NCBI RefSeq assembly: GCF_009914755.1
Contig: NC_060935.1
Reading direction: 5' to 3' (one strand)
DNA length: 64,000 bases
Source: the human T2T-CHM13v2.0 reference genome, Homo sapiens
Shown: positions 13,628 through 34,194 of the stretch, one piece after another
How positions within the stretch are numbered: position 1 is the first letter of the stretch
How the letters are laid out: each line of letters begins with the position of its first letter
Notes under the pieces: model-generated
Seen by the model: the letters and a program-made list of their open reading frames with translations, nothing else
Told to the model about the DNA's origin: nothing
Databases searched by the model: none
Position numbers and translations under genes: made by a program

Positions 13628-15029
13628 TGTTTTTTGGCTGATTTAGGTCTATAATTCATCTGAAATTGGCTTTTGTGTAGAATGTGAGGTAGAGATTAGG
13701 TTTCATTTTTTTCCTTCATATGGCTATCCAGTTTAGCACTGGTTATTGAAAAGATCATTATTTTTTTTCACTAGTCTTCATTGATATCCAATCAAGTACT
13801 CAAATGTTTTAATTATTTTTTATACTTTGTATTGAATCAGATCCAAATAAAGTTTAAACATAATAATCGATTGATGTCTTTTAAGTTGCTTTTAGTCTGT
13901 AAGTTCCCTCTTTATTCCCTTTTTTTTCTCTTGCAGTTTATTGGTTGAAGAATCCAGCTGGTTTACTCTATGATTTTCTTAAGTCTAGATTTGTGGGTTT
14001 GATTGCTATGATAGTTTCAGATCTTTCTTCTATTTTCTGCATATCCTATAAATACATTCGAGATACTAGTCCTGTGTCAATTATATGTTGCATATAGGCA
14101 TTTTATAAATTTCCTAAGTACCATTTTTCTTCATGCCACAAATTTTTATGTGTACTATTTTTGTTATCCAGCTCAAATTTTTTTCTAATATTGTTATGAC
14201 TTTTTTCTATATTTTTACATTGTAGTTCTCAGATCTTTATATGATTTATTTTTTGATCCATAAATTATTTTGAATTATGTTTCTGAATTTCCAGGCCTTT
14301 GGGAATTGTTTTTATTTAAAAAATGTTTTTATTGAGATATTCACATAGCTTAAAATTCACTTTTTAAAGTGTTGTACTCCCTTTAAAGTGCACTTCTGTG
14401 GTTTTTAGTATGTTCATAAAGTTATGCAACCATCACCACTCTCAAATTCTAAAACAATTTCATCCTTTCAGAAAGAACCTCCCTGCTCATTAGCAGTCAC
14501 TCCCCACTTTTTCTTCCTCCAGTCTCTGGAAAATACTAACCTACATTTTGTCTCTGTGGATTTGCTTATTCCAGACATTTCATATAAATAGAATTGGATA
14601 ATACATGTGTGGCTTCTTTCACTTAATGGTTTCAAGATTCTCCATGTTGTAGCATGTATCAGGACTCCTTATGGCTGAATAATTTTCGTGTGCGTGTGTG
14701 TGTGTATTGTACATTCTGTTCATTATGTGGACATTTTAGTTCTTTTTACTTCTTGGTTATTATGAATAAGGCTGCTGTGCACATTCTTTTACAGCTTGGT
14801 GTGTGTCCACACATTTTCAGTTTTCTTGGGTATGTACCTAGAAGTAGAATTTTTTGATAGTGATAGTTTTTACAATTGTTGGGTACAGGCTTCTGTATAT
14901 CTCCATGTAATTAACTGAGTTAATCATATTCAGATCTTACATATCTTTACTGCTTATACAGTGAATTACTAGAGAAGCATGTTAAAATTTACTATGATTT
15001 GGATTTGTGTATTTTTACTTGTGGTTCTC

Positions 15030-15163
15030 ATTTTTTTCTTTTTTTAAGAGACAGGGTCTCATTATATTGCCTAGGCTACACTCAAGCTCCTAGGCTCAAG
15101 CGATCTTCCTGCCTCAGTCTCCCAACTAGCTGGGACTACAGGTATATGCCACCATGCCTGGCT
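15030..15163 (-). mobile_element. FLAM-like Alu monomer
   Basis: Single antisense arm. Confidence 0.85.
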
Positions 15164-15328
15164 AGGTTCTGTTAATTTTGCTTTATACATTTTGGGACTA
15201 TTTCCTTAGGTTATATACTGATACATACTTGTCATATCTTCTTAGTGAATTAAACCATTTATTTATTTAGAAGTAACTTCTTTATAGATATAATACTTTT
15301 GCCTTAAATATTCTTTATCTGATATTAA

Positions 15329-15713
<385 letters not shown>

Positions 15714-15798
15714 TGGCATAACTTTTTATCTTTTTACTTTTACTTTTCTAAATCATATAAAATGTCCCTCTTTTAATTATCTTAAAAATCCAATCTGA

Positions 15799-16250
<452 letters not shown>

Positions 16251-16748
16251 TTGCTTAGTATTTTTTAAAAATCACTGTATTTATCCTCCTCTCCTAATTT
16301 GGAATCTATATGCTTTTTTTTTTTGAGGGTTACTCTAGCTATTACAATATGCATACTTGTTATAGTCTGAAGTCAGTCTCTTGTCCTCTTTCTGACAATC
16401 AAAGATCTTTACACTTTTATAATTTATATACAATTGTCTATTTTGATAATATATATGTGTTTCTATGTGAATATATGTACATACATATCTTTGAAGAGAT
16501 AGTAGATTTGCATGTAGTTGTAAGAGTTAATACTGAGACATCCTGTGCACCTTTCACTCAGTTTTCCCCACTGGTATCCAATAAAATAATATAACGAGGA
16601 TATTGGCATTGATAAGGTCAAGATAGGACATTTCCATCAGCACCAGAATTCCTCATGATACCCTTTTATAGCAACATTCACTTTCCTCCCACTTCTGGCA
16701 ACTACTAATCTTTTCTCTGTTCCTGTAATTTTGTCATTATAAGAATGG

Positions 16749-17113
16749 TATCTTAGCCTGTTTAGGCTTCTAGAACAAAAACACTGTAAACTGTGTGGCT
16801 TATAAACAACAAACATCTATTTCTAACAATTCTGGAGTCTGGGAAGTCCGAGTTCAAGGTGCCAGCAGATTCAGTGTCTGGTGAGGGCCTCTTCCCCATA
16901 GATGTCACCTTTTTACTGTGTCCCCACATAGTGGAAGGGGCAAAGCAGCTCTTTAGGGCCTCTTTTTTAAGGGCACTAATTCCATTCAGGAAGGTCCTGC
17001 CCCATAACCTAATCACTTCCCAAAGTCCCCATTTCCCAATACTATCACATTGGGAATTGGGTTTCAGTATATTAATTTGTCTGGAGGGGAATACGAGCAT
17101 TCAGACTACAGCA
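16749..17113 (-). mobile_element. MLT1A-like MaLR solo LTR
   Basis: gtggcttataaacaac..gttcaaggtgccagcagattcagtgtctggtgagggcc. Confidence 0.85.
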
Positions 17114-17114
17114 G

Positions 17115-22562
<5,448 letters not shown>

Positions 22563-23175
22563 GATTTTTAAAAGAGTTTCCAGTAAGTTTTAGTTACTAT
22601 GTTCATTGTAAGGATTAGTCTAAATAATGTATCCCATCATTAAGTCTCAGTTGCTAGTATTTTTCCTCTAATTAATTCAGTATGTATTTCCTTAGAATAA
22701 AGACCTTCTCACAGACAACCTGGTTTAGTTAACAGAAATGAGGGTATTTAACATTGATATAACACTATTGTCTAGTTCAAGGTCCGCATTCAAATTTTAT
22801 CAGTCCTAACAATGTCTTTTGTAAAAAAAAGTTTTTCCCCTTGCCTGTGTTCAAACCCAGATCATGCATGGTTTTCATGTCCCCTTAGTCTCCTTTCATT
22901 TGGAATAGTTCCTCGATGTTTATATTTCTTGACCTTGATACTTTAGAAAAATACAGACCAGCTATTTTGTATAATTTCCCTAAATTTTGTTTTATCTCAT
23001 GTTCTCACATTATTGGGTTCAAGTTATGCATTTTCACAAGACCACTGTAGTGATGATGTATACTCAATTGTTGATATTTGGATTTTTGCCATTTTTTTTG
23101 TTTAACATTTTTATTTGACCCACCTAATTGTTGGGGGTTTTTTAAAATTTCATTTTAATTTCTCATTTTTAATTA

Positions 23176-23496
23176 ATTATTTATTTATTTTTGAGACAAG
23201 ATCTGTTGTCTCAAAAACAGACCTTGTCTGTTGTCCAGGGTATAGTGCAGTAGCACAATCATAGCTCACTGCAGCCTCAAATCCCTGGGCTCAAGGAATT
23301 CTCCTGCCTCAGTCTCTGGGTAACTGGGACTATAGGCGCATGTCACCATGACCAGATACTTTTTTAAAAAATAGTTTTTAGAGAGGGGGTCTTGCTGTGT
23401 TGCCCAGGCTGGTCTTGAACTTCAGGGCTTAAGCAATCCTCCCATGTCAGCCTCCTAAAGTTCTGAGATTACAGGTATAAGCCACCGTCCCCAGCC
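23176..23496 (-). mobile_element. AluJ
   Basis: Diverged antisense dimer. Confidence 0.9.
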
Positions 23497-24140
23497 TTCA
23501 TTTTATTTATTAGCTTTTTAACTGTACCTTTCTGTATTTTTTAAATTCTTTTTTCCAAGGATTATCATATCTTATCACAGTTTAAAGTTAATATTGTACT
23601 ACTTCACTTAAAAATAAGAACCTTTCAAAAGTATAGGTCCACTTATCTCCTCATCCTTTGTGCTATTATTGTCATATATATCTACTTACATTAAAAAAAA
23701 GTCTGTGCAGGCATGGCTTTTAAAATTCAGAAAAATAGTATGTATGTCTTAAATTTACCCACATCTTTACTATATCTGGAACTGTTCATTTCTCCCTGTA
23801 GGTCAGGGTTTCCACGTGGTATTGTTTCTCTTTAGCCTGAAGTTCTTTTAGCTTGTGTGCATCTACTGGTTGTGAATTCTCTTAGCTTTGGTTTATATGG
23901 AAATGTGTTACCTTCGCTTTTGAAGGGTTATTATCTTGGAGATAACATTCTGCTGACAGTATTTTCCCTTCATTACTTCGAAGTATCTCCTCTTGTTTTC
24001 TGCTCTCCATTGTTTCTGATGAGAAATCAGTCAACATTTGTATCAGTGTTCCACTATATGTAATGTATCTTTTCTTTAGACCAGTTTTGAATTTTTCTCT
24101 TTGAATTTCAGTAATTTGCTTATTATGTGCCTAGGTATAT

Positions 24141-24464
<324 letters not shown>

Positions 24465-25587
24465 ATGCCTAGGCATATTTCTTTGTATTTATCCTCCCTT
24501 GAGTTTATTGAGCTTCCTAGATTTTATAAGTTTATGTTTTTCACCCAATTTGGCAAAATTTAGTTATTATTTATTTAAATGTCTTTTTCTGTCTCATCTC
24601 TTTCCTATTCTCAACTGCAATATCTTACATATTATTTGTTATGTTCCACAGTTCACTGAAGCTTTATTTTAATTCTTTTCCTGTGTTCTTCCGATTTGAT
24701 AATTACTATTGATCTGTCTTCAAATTTGGTGACTAAACATGGTCTCCAATATGCTATTAAACCATGTAGGGATTTTTCTCAATTATTGCACTTCTTAGTA
24801 CAGTAAATACAATAATTTCCATTGGTTCATTTTTATAGTTTCAGTATCTGTGTAAGATTCATTGTCTGTTTATTCGTATGGCACTATTTTCCTTTACATT
24901 CTTGAATGTATCTTTAATAGCTGTTTATTGCCTTTGTTCACTTTGTTCCAGTATCTGTGATTCATATGGGGGTCAAGGTCTATAGACTGCTTTTTTTTCT
25001 TGGCTATGGGTCACAATTCCCTGCTTTTTCTATGTGTAATAATTTTTTATTACATAGTAGACATAGTAAATGAGGAATTGTAGAGATTCTGTACTCTTCT
25101 GTTCCTCTGAAGAGTATTGACTTTTGTTCTATTAGGTCTGTCTCCTTCAATGTGGACAGAAGCTAAAATCACTGCCCTATTTTTTCAGCTTTCAGATGTT
25201 ATTGTTTTTGAGCCTCCTGGAGTCAGTGACCAGACAATAATTTGGTCAGAGGTTATCCTCAAATTTAGGGGCTTCTCTGTGGCTGTCTTATTTTCAGGAG
25301 TACCCCCTAATTTTGCAGCTGCTCTGCTAGTCCCAACCTATGTTCTCTGAAACTTCAAACCAGTGAGCCTGTGGCTTTTTGCCAGCCTGTGATGCATGGA
25401 TTGAGAAGTACCCTCCAGCATAAGCTCACAAATCTCTCTTTTTAGTGGTGACTTCTCTTCAGTTCCTTTGGAGGAGCTTTCAAATCTTTTTTTTATGTTT
25501 TGTCCAGAACATATAATTGTTACCTGTGAGAGGGTTACTTCAAATTATTCCACTATAAATGGAAGCCAGAATTTTCCTACCCTTAAA

Positions 25588-25832
25588 TTTTTTTTTTAAG
25601 ATGAGTCTCACTATGTTGCCCAGGCTGTCTTTGAACTCCTGGGCTCAAGTGATTATCCCACCTCAGCCTCCCAAGTAGGTAGGCCTATTGACATGAGCCA
25701 TCATACCCAGTTAATTTTTTAACTTTTTGTAGAGACGGGGTCTTGCTGTGTTGCCCAAGCTGGTCTCAAATTATTTTCCTGCCTCAGCTTCCCAAAGCAC
25801 TGGGATTACAAGTGTGAGCCATCATGCCTGGC
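25588..25832 (-). mobile_element. AluJ-like
   Basis: Diverged antisense arms. Confidence 0.85.
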
Positions 25833-26992
25833 TCCTTAAATTTTAACAACATATTTGAACTTACATTTTTCCCTCAACACCTATACCTAGTAGACTATTA
25901 TTTATCTTCTCCCTTCAAAAAAAAAAGTTATTAGTGTTGACAATGTTGGCAGGCTTTCATTTCCCTTCTGGCCAAGTTGAAAATTCATTTAGGATTTTAG
26001 TTCCTGCTTTGGGGATTTTATTTTTGTATACTATTTTATCTAGGGGTATGAGTATAAGTTCAAAATAATTTTCCTTCAGAAGTTTGAAGATGTTCCATTT
26101 TCTTCCAGCTTACCATTATTGCCAGTGAAGAGCTTGTTAGCAATATATTTTGGGGAAGGGGTCATGATGTGTATATATGTTGAAATTTTAAATTTTATAT
26201 ACAGTAAAATTGACTTCTTGTTGTACTGTTCTAAGAGTTCTTAGAACCATTCTGGCTACTTTCATTGTGGTGGAAACAGCTCAGATTTAGATCTTGCAGA
26301 TTTGGTTGTGGAATCTGCCTATAGCTCTCTGTAGCTCTGTAACCTTGGTAAATTTGGAACAACATGGAGTATGAATAAAGAAAACATCTCTGTGTCACAT
26401 TTCCTTATTTGCAAAAAAGGATGATGCCATCTTTCCTGTCTACCACTCTGGGATCTTTCCTGAGGATCAGATGAGACCGTGTATGTGAAAACATCTTGAA
26501 GAACATAACACTTATATGAGGGACCGTTTAGTATTTCCATTTGCCCTCCTATCCTGTATAGATGATTCAGTAACATTGTGTGTGAAAAAAATGATTTAAG
26601 CATTATGAACTGCTGCAATATATAGCAAATAAGGAATCATTATACTATTATCATTATGTTAGTAGTGGACTACTGAAGACTAGAAACTCTCAAGAGCCAA
26701 AGAAGAGTTGAGTTTTTGTATGCCATAATAAATGGAAGAGTGTGTAGGGATGGAAAAGGGGGGGTGTCAGAAGTACCTGCACGTTTACACCCTGTAAAAG
26801 ATTAATACCTACTTTGCATTCCTCTTTGTTGTCTCTGCCCTTGGAGACTCCTTTACTTTCATAAATATGGAATGCTTAAACAATGCACCCAGTTTAGTGT
26901 CGGTGTGGAAGGAAGCTCATGTTGACCCTGCAACTAGATTAATGGGGGAAAAAAAGGTCTGTCTTGAGCCTGTGTGCTTTAACCATGTGAAA

Positions 26993-26998
26993 TTTATT
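26993..26998 (-). terminator. ACRV1: ACRV1 polyadenylation signal
   Basis: AATAAA on the minus strand ~235 nt after the stop codon. Confidence 0.8.
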
Positions 26999-27233
26999 GA
27001 AAAAAAAATCAGGAATATTGAGAGAAAGAGTTGGAGCAGGGAAGACAGGACAGAGAAGAATGGATAAAAGCATGAATAGAAGAAGAAAGATAGGATGTTT
27101 GAGCATCCTAATGCTCAGGCAGAGGCAGATGTGGTCAGTTGTTGACTGGGGAAGGAACTAAATATAAAATGAGCCAAATAGAGTGATGGAGGCTTTTTAC
27201 TGCCTGAGTCAAAACAAGCAAGGGCCCAGGCTT

Positions 27234-27358
27234 CTAGATCTTATTGCAGAAAGATTGATTTCGACAGCATATAATTTGCATCCTCGTTCCATGGGAGAAG
27301 AGGTTCATAGATGGGCACATGTTCTCACACCCTTGAACCATGAATTGGAGTTTTCCAC
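27234..27358 (-). CDS. ACRV1: ACRV1 exon 4 coding part, second half of LU domain
   Basis: Acceptor ctcctttcag|; [41 protein letters not shown]; exons sum 52+501+120+125=798 nt = 265 aa. Confidence 0.98.
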
Positions 27359-27840
27359 CTGAAAGGAGCAGAGACAGACTAGTGAGCAGAAAGCTTCGTC
27401 CTCCAACCTTAGCCTTTATCTGTGATGCTCAGTGTCTCCATGCAGGATGGTCAAGACCTCCACTTGTCCATTATCCCTTCTCTTTCTCTTCTATTTGCTT
27501 CCTCTGGGAACTTGCCCCCCATCAGTTGCCCACTCCTTTCTTATATTGTCAGTCCGTTTCTATGGACTCCTTTTTTGGTTTACAAGGATGCTCAGGTTAC
27601 CCCAAATTTAAAATACTTTCTCTTAATCGTGCTACTCCCCTAGCACTATCCTTCCTTTCCTTACAGCCTTCCCAGAGTCTGCCTATCCTCCTCACCTTGG
27701 CCCCTCACAGTTTGAATCATGACCCTACTATGCCGAAACCTCTCTCAAAAGTCATAGAGATCTACTCATCAAATTCTGCATCCTTTTCTCAGGACTTTTT
27801 TAACCTCTTTGCTTGCACATCATACTGTGGACTACACCCT

Positions 27841-28136
<296 letters not shown>

Positions 28137-28512
28137 TGAAACTACACCCTTTCTTGATACTCTCTGCTTCTGACAAGGTCTTCCCCACTGCTCATCTACT
28201 CCTCTGGATCCAATTATTTCTGCTCTCCCAAGTTGAACTGTCACATTACCAACTAACCGATGATCACCTCCATGCCAATATGCTAAGGGCATCTAAAACT
28301 TACTATGCCCAAAATGAAACTCATTACTTTCCTCCCCAAACCTGCTTGTTTTTGTGAGTTTCCTTTATATACTTCCTGTACCACACCTTCAAAACCTCTG
28401 TCATCTCTGATTCTTCCCTTTGCTTTTTCCATCCAATTTGTTGTGAAGGTCTGTCAGTTCTACTTGCAATCTAGTTTGTTTCTGTCACTCGGTTTCCATT
28501 TATCAAACATTT

Positions 28513-28786
28513 GGCCGGGCACAGTGGCTCATGCCTGTAATCCTAGCACTTTGGGAGGCCGAGGCAGGTGGATCACTTGAGGCCAGGAGTTCAAGACCAG
28601 CCTGGCCAAAATGGTGAAACACTGTCCCTGCTAAAAATACAGAAATTAGCCAGGCAGGCGCTTGTGATCCCAGCTACTCAGGAGGGTGAGGCAGGAGAAT
28701 CGCTGGGGGGCAGAGGTTGCAGTGAGCTGAGATCGCGCCACTGCACTCAGCCTGGGTGACAGCAAGACTCCATCTCAAAAAAAAAA
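28513..28786 (+). mobile_element. AluS
   Basis: Sense dimer with small deletions. Confidence 0.93.
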
Positions 28787-29657
28787 TTAACGGACCTAGT
28801 AAGGAACTATGCTAGACTCTGGAGAATGCAAAGATTAATAACATCATTTGATGTCAAGAGCTGAGAGAGATAAAAATAGCCAATTATTACATGCAATGGA
28901 AAAACCATGTTATATGCTATGCTGGCAAATAAATGATTAATTTTGGTATTTTGATTAAGGGGGGCATAGTATCAAGGAAATTCTTAGGAAGGAAGTGAGA
29001 CTGAACTAAGCTATGAAGAATTGTTAGCATTTCGATTAGAAAGGAAAGAGGATAATTTCAGGCTGAAGCATAACTGGAGAAAACATGAAAACATGAAACT
29101 GTTCAGGAAGTGGTGACTTGCGTAGCTGGAGTAAGTGTAGAGTGTAAACAGGGATGCAGAATGAGTGAAAAGACATGGGAGAGATGTTAATAAGTCTTTC
29201 CATCAGTCACTCCTATTACCTTTTACTGAAATATTACAATAGCCCTTTAACAGGTTCTCTTGTGTCCACTGTAACTTGCTTCTAAGGTAATCTTCCTGAA
29301 GAAGCGCTTTGACCAACCTGGATGGGCTACTGGCTCTGCCTTTTCCTAGTAACAGGTCTTTAGGCAAGCTCCTACTTTGTGAGGATTAAATGATAAAGGG
29401 TATTTTAAAATGCATATCATACTGTCTGGAAGCAATAAATAAAGGAGAACTATTAAATTCAAACTCTTTTTAACTGACACTGAAGCTCTTGTATCAGCTG
29501 GCTCCAGTCAACCTTTCCAAGTTTATCTTCTATGTCTCTGCTCACCATCCTCAAAAAACTCTTTGCTCTTTTTCCTATTTACATCCTGCACTTTTCTGAC
29601 TTTTGCTTTCATTCCCTGTCTCTGGAATACCCATCAACCATTGCTGTATGACTAAAT

Positions 29658-29835
29658 CAGTATCTCTTTAATCTTGACTGCACATCGGAATTGTCTAGGA
29701 GCCTTTAAAAAAATACTGATGCCTGGATTCTATTCCCAGAGATCCTGGTTTAATTGCTTTGGTGCAACCTGAACATTAGGATTTTTTAAAGTTGCTCAGG
29801 TGATTGTAATGTACAAACAAGATTGAGAACTCCTG
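29658..29835. mobile_element. MER5-like hAT-Charlie element
   Basis: cttgactgcacatcggaat..ctcaggtgattgtaatgtac..ttgagaac. Confidence 0.7.
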
Positions 29836-30450
29836 GCCCAAATCGTAAATGTTCCCTCAAAGCATTTTCTGAATACCACCTTCTCCCCATACTTCTCTGC
29901 ACCTCTAATCTTTCCTTTCCCTGAACTCTCTGCACTTTATATGTGCCTTTCTTAAGACACAATTTTCTCCCTTGTGATATTGTTTCTTATTTCTTACATT
30001 ATAACATAATCTCTTTGTACACAGTTTATATTTGAGTCATCTTTCTGTAGTTCATGGTATGTGTCATTAATGTTTTCCGAGTGATGGTGGATGAATGTCT
30101 GCATGTAGAAATAGGAAAATGACATTTCTAGTGAGGAAGAAGAAAAACTACAAGAGGAGTCAGGCAGTGTGGTTCCTGGGATGGAAATAACCAGTATCCC
30201 TTATTTTAGGGATGAGGAACTGAGAGTAAGGGTAAAGAGGTGTGGGAATATACTCAGACTGGTCTGGTAACCTGTGAACACAGACTTGTAGACAGTTGTT
30301 TATTAGTTTATCCATTCAATATTTACTAAATGCCTACCATATGCTTGACATTGTGCTAGGTCCCAGGAATATATAGCTATAGCTTACAGTCAATGTCCCA
30401 ATGGCTCATGGGGCAATCAACACATTGCTTTAATGGGAAGAGACAGCTAG

Positions 30451-30895
<445 letters not shown>

Positions 30896-30994
30896 CTTGA
30901 TTCTTTCCTGGGCCCCTGTCATTCCAACTGCCCCCTACCAGAAGTAAGTTGATGTGTTCTCAGGCAGAAATTGCCTCATGAAGTCCCCATATAC

Positions 30995-31114
30995 CTTCAA
31001 AGATCTTCTTTAACATGCACTGCTGGGAATTCTGAGTGATGCAGGTTCCCTCTCCACGAAGACATTTTCCTTGATCATTCATATAAGCACATGTGTAGCA
31101 ATTTAATATTGTGC
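30995..31114 (-). CDS. ACRV1: ACRV1 exon 3, first half of LU (three-finger) domain
   Basis: Acceptor attttcag|, donor AAG|gtatat; 120 nt, [40 protein letters not shown]. Confidence 0.98.
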
Positions 31115-32432
31115 CTGAAAATTTAAGATAAGCCTGATGACATTTCCTTGTGGACCAGATGTGTAGCCTTGATTCACATCTGGGAGGGGTAATGGGCAAT
31201 AGGTAGCATGGATACTACACATTTATTTCTTAGTTCTTTTTGGGGATCTGGGCCCTGTGTCTGATAGACCTGTGCCAGAGGAAATTCCTTCATTCTTCTT
31301 CATCTCTGACCCTCATTGCTGATGAATCCCAAATTTCTCTCTCTAATATTTTTACTCCAGTCCATATCTGCATTGACTTCCTGGGCATTTATCATTAGAT
31401 ACCCTTCTGTCATGTGACAGCATAGGAGCAAAATGTATGTGTGATTTTCATCTCCCTTTTGTACTCCCCATCATACTCTCACCCACAAGGCACAAACACT
31501 TGGAGTCATATTTGACCGATTAATAAGCTATGTTAGAATGCTCTAACATTGCAAACCCTGTGAAGAGTGTGTCCTTCTCCATTTTCAAATTGACCTTATT
31601 GAAGGTCACTAACAGCACTATCTTTGAAATACTTCCATGTTGCCTCTTTTACTGTCTCTACTGCTAATCCCCCAGTTTGGGAAGCCTAAAGAAGTGGAAA
31701 GATTATGGGCTTTGCACAGTCCTAAGTTTGAATCCAAAGTTTGCCACTTTCTAGCCATGTGACATTGGACATATTACATTTGCCTCACTTCTTTCATCTG
31801 AAAATTTAGAATAATGATATTTAAACAATAGAGTGAAATGTGAACTATGTCTGGTAATAACTTGAGGCATCAAACTTTGGGTCTTGTTTTCTTTCCCAGA
31901 ACAAACCCTTTTAATTAAGAGCCACAGACTAGCAGTTGTCCTAGGAACTCATTTCTGGATCTAAAAGAAAATAGCTTTACATTCCATGTTCAAACAAAAA
32001 GAACCACCAGCTGCACACATCTCTTTACAGAATTTGTAAAGTTATAGCATTCTAACATGGTTTAAGAGGCAGGGTTAGCATAAAGCTAATGAAGGTTAGT
32101 CTTCAGAACTCTGCACTTTCATGATCCCCTTCTAGGGAAGTCGGAAGGGCTGTGTATTCATAATTTCTTATGGAGAGTGAAGTTGGAGGGGTACTGGCAT
32201 TTTGTATTTGTTTTATTTTTCTTATAGAGGGCCCTCCATATTGTTTAGCTTTCAGGCTCCCACATGCCTCTTGGTATGATTGTGACGAGAACTAGAGAGA
32301 CTTTGAGAGAGCTGTTTGTGAAGTGTTAACAATTCTTTCTTCTGCACTCCTTCCCTAAAATTGGGTTTTCTTGATGTGTTCCCCATTTCCCACCTGAAGT
32401 CAATGACTGGCACCCATCCAAACATGGCTCAC

Positions 32433-32933
32433 CTGTAGATGTGCTTGAAATTGGTGCACCTGAAGCCTGTTCCCCTGAAGCGTGCTCACCTGAAGGCTGT
32501 TCACCCGAGGCCTGCTCACCAGAAGGCTGTTCACCGGAGCCATGTTCACCTGAAGGCTGTTCATCTGAAGGCTGTTCACCTGACTCAAGCTCACTCAAAG
32601 GCTGTTCTCCGGAGAGGTGTTCACCTGAAGGCTGTTCTCCTGAAGGCTGCTCACCTACAGTATGCTCACCTTCAGCATGTTCAGTCGCAGCGGGCTCACC
32701 TGAAGCATGCTCACTCTCAGCATGTTCTCCAGAAGTGTGCTCGGCCACAGTGTGCTTGCTTGAACCATGCTCACTGGAACCATGCTCACTTAAAGTGTTC
32801 AGGCCTGAAGAAGTCTCATATAAAGCCTCAGCATCAGAAGGGTTTTCAAGTGAAAAGAACTCACCTGGAAGTTGCTGAACTGAAGTTTGATGATCTATGG
32901 AGCCAGAAAGCTCATTAGGCTGACTTGATGTTC
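32433..32933 (-). CDS. ACRV1: ACRV1 exon 2, acidic Ser/Gly/Glu pentapeptide-repeat region
   Basis: Acceptor atcccag|, donor CAG|gtgagc; 501 nt, [16 protein letters not shown]...[25 protein letters not shown]. Confidence 0.98.
32455..32790 (-). repeat. 15-bp coding minisatellite (consensus TCAGGTGAACAGCCT, SGEQP)
   Basis: About 22 degenerate 15-bp units within ACRV1 exon 2. Confidence 0.95.
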
Positions 32934-33614
32934 CTGGGATGGAGAAGGAACAGAAGAGAGTTGGTGAAGCTGACAGAATGGGATAAAGACTATCTTCCTA
33001 TGGAGTTAGGCTAATGTTATGAGACTCCTAGGTTTCCTATGGGCCTAGATTGGGCACCTGAAGACTGCAGATGTTGGGAAAAATCAACTAAGTATCCCAA
33101 AAGGCCATGGAGGACAGAAGTGTTTAGTGAAACAAACAGAGGCCACCTCTGGGATTGAAGGGAAGAATCTTAAGTTCCCCAATATTAAGAACTACTTAGG
33201 AGAATCCACTCATCCATGTACAAAAAACCCCTGAAGGAAAATGAATGTGCCTCCCTGACAAAGTCAGCATCAGGAAGTCAGGATACCATCCCTGATAGAA
33301 TCAGAAGTTCGCCACCAACCCTCCCATTCCTCTATGGGTGAAAGACAAGAAGAGTAGAGATAGAAGAGGGAGAGAGAAAGCAAGTAGTTTTCAATACCTG
33401 AGTATTTGTAACCTAAATTAAGGGCGGAAGAGTTAACCTTTGGACAGGGATGACAAGTATGAGCCCACAAAAATTATCAGAAGGGATTAAGCCGCCTGTA
33501 TTTGGTAATGTCAAGTATTTTCTCACACTCAATCCCCAATCCATGTGGGTTGGGGATTCAGAGAGCAAAGTTGCTATAAGCTATTAAGGTAAAAAAAAAA
33601 AAGTCTAGGCATAT

Positions 33615-33615
<1 letters not shown>

Positions 33616-33648
<33 letters not shown>

Positions 33649-33655
33649 CATATAT
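33616..33655. repeat. (TA)n(CA)n microsatellite
   Basis: Seen directly. Confidence 0.9.
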
Positions 33656-33844
33656 GAATTGTATCCTTGTGACATACCATTTACATTCACTTCATGGAGT
33701 TGTCCTGAGTACTTAATAAGATAAATTGTGAAGTGCACCATTGCCTAGTACTCAATTTTATTTTTCTTTTCTTCCCACCTTACACTGGGAATTACAAAAC
33801 TCTTACATGGTTATTTTTTTCTGGCCAGTCTCTTCTACCTTTAA

Positions 33845-34194
<350 letters not shown>

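Noticed and set aside
32441-32878. 145-aa + strand ORF of Cys-rich CSPEG repeats (keratin-associated/metallothionein-like look)
   Set aside because: It is the antisense shadow of the ACRV1 15-bp repeat, with a non-ATG start and no independent promoter or splice evidence.
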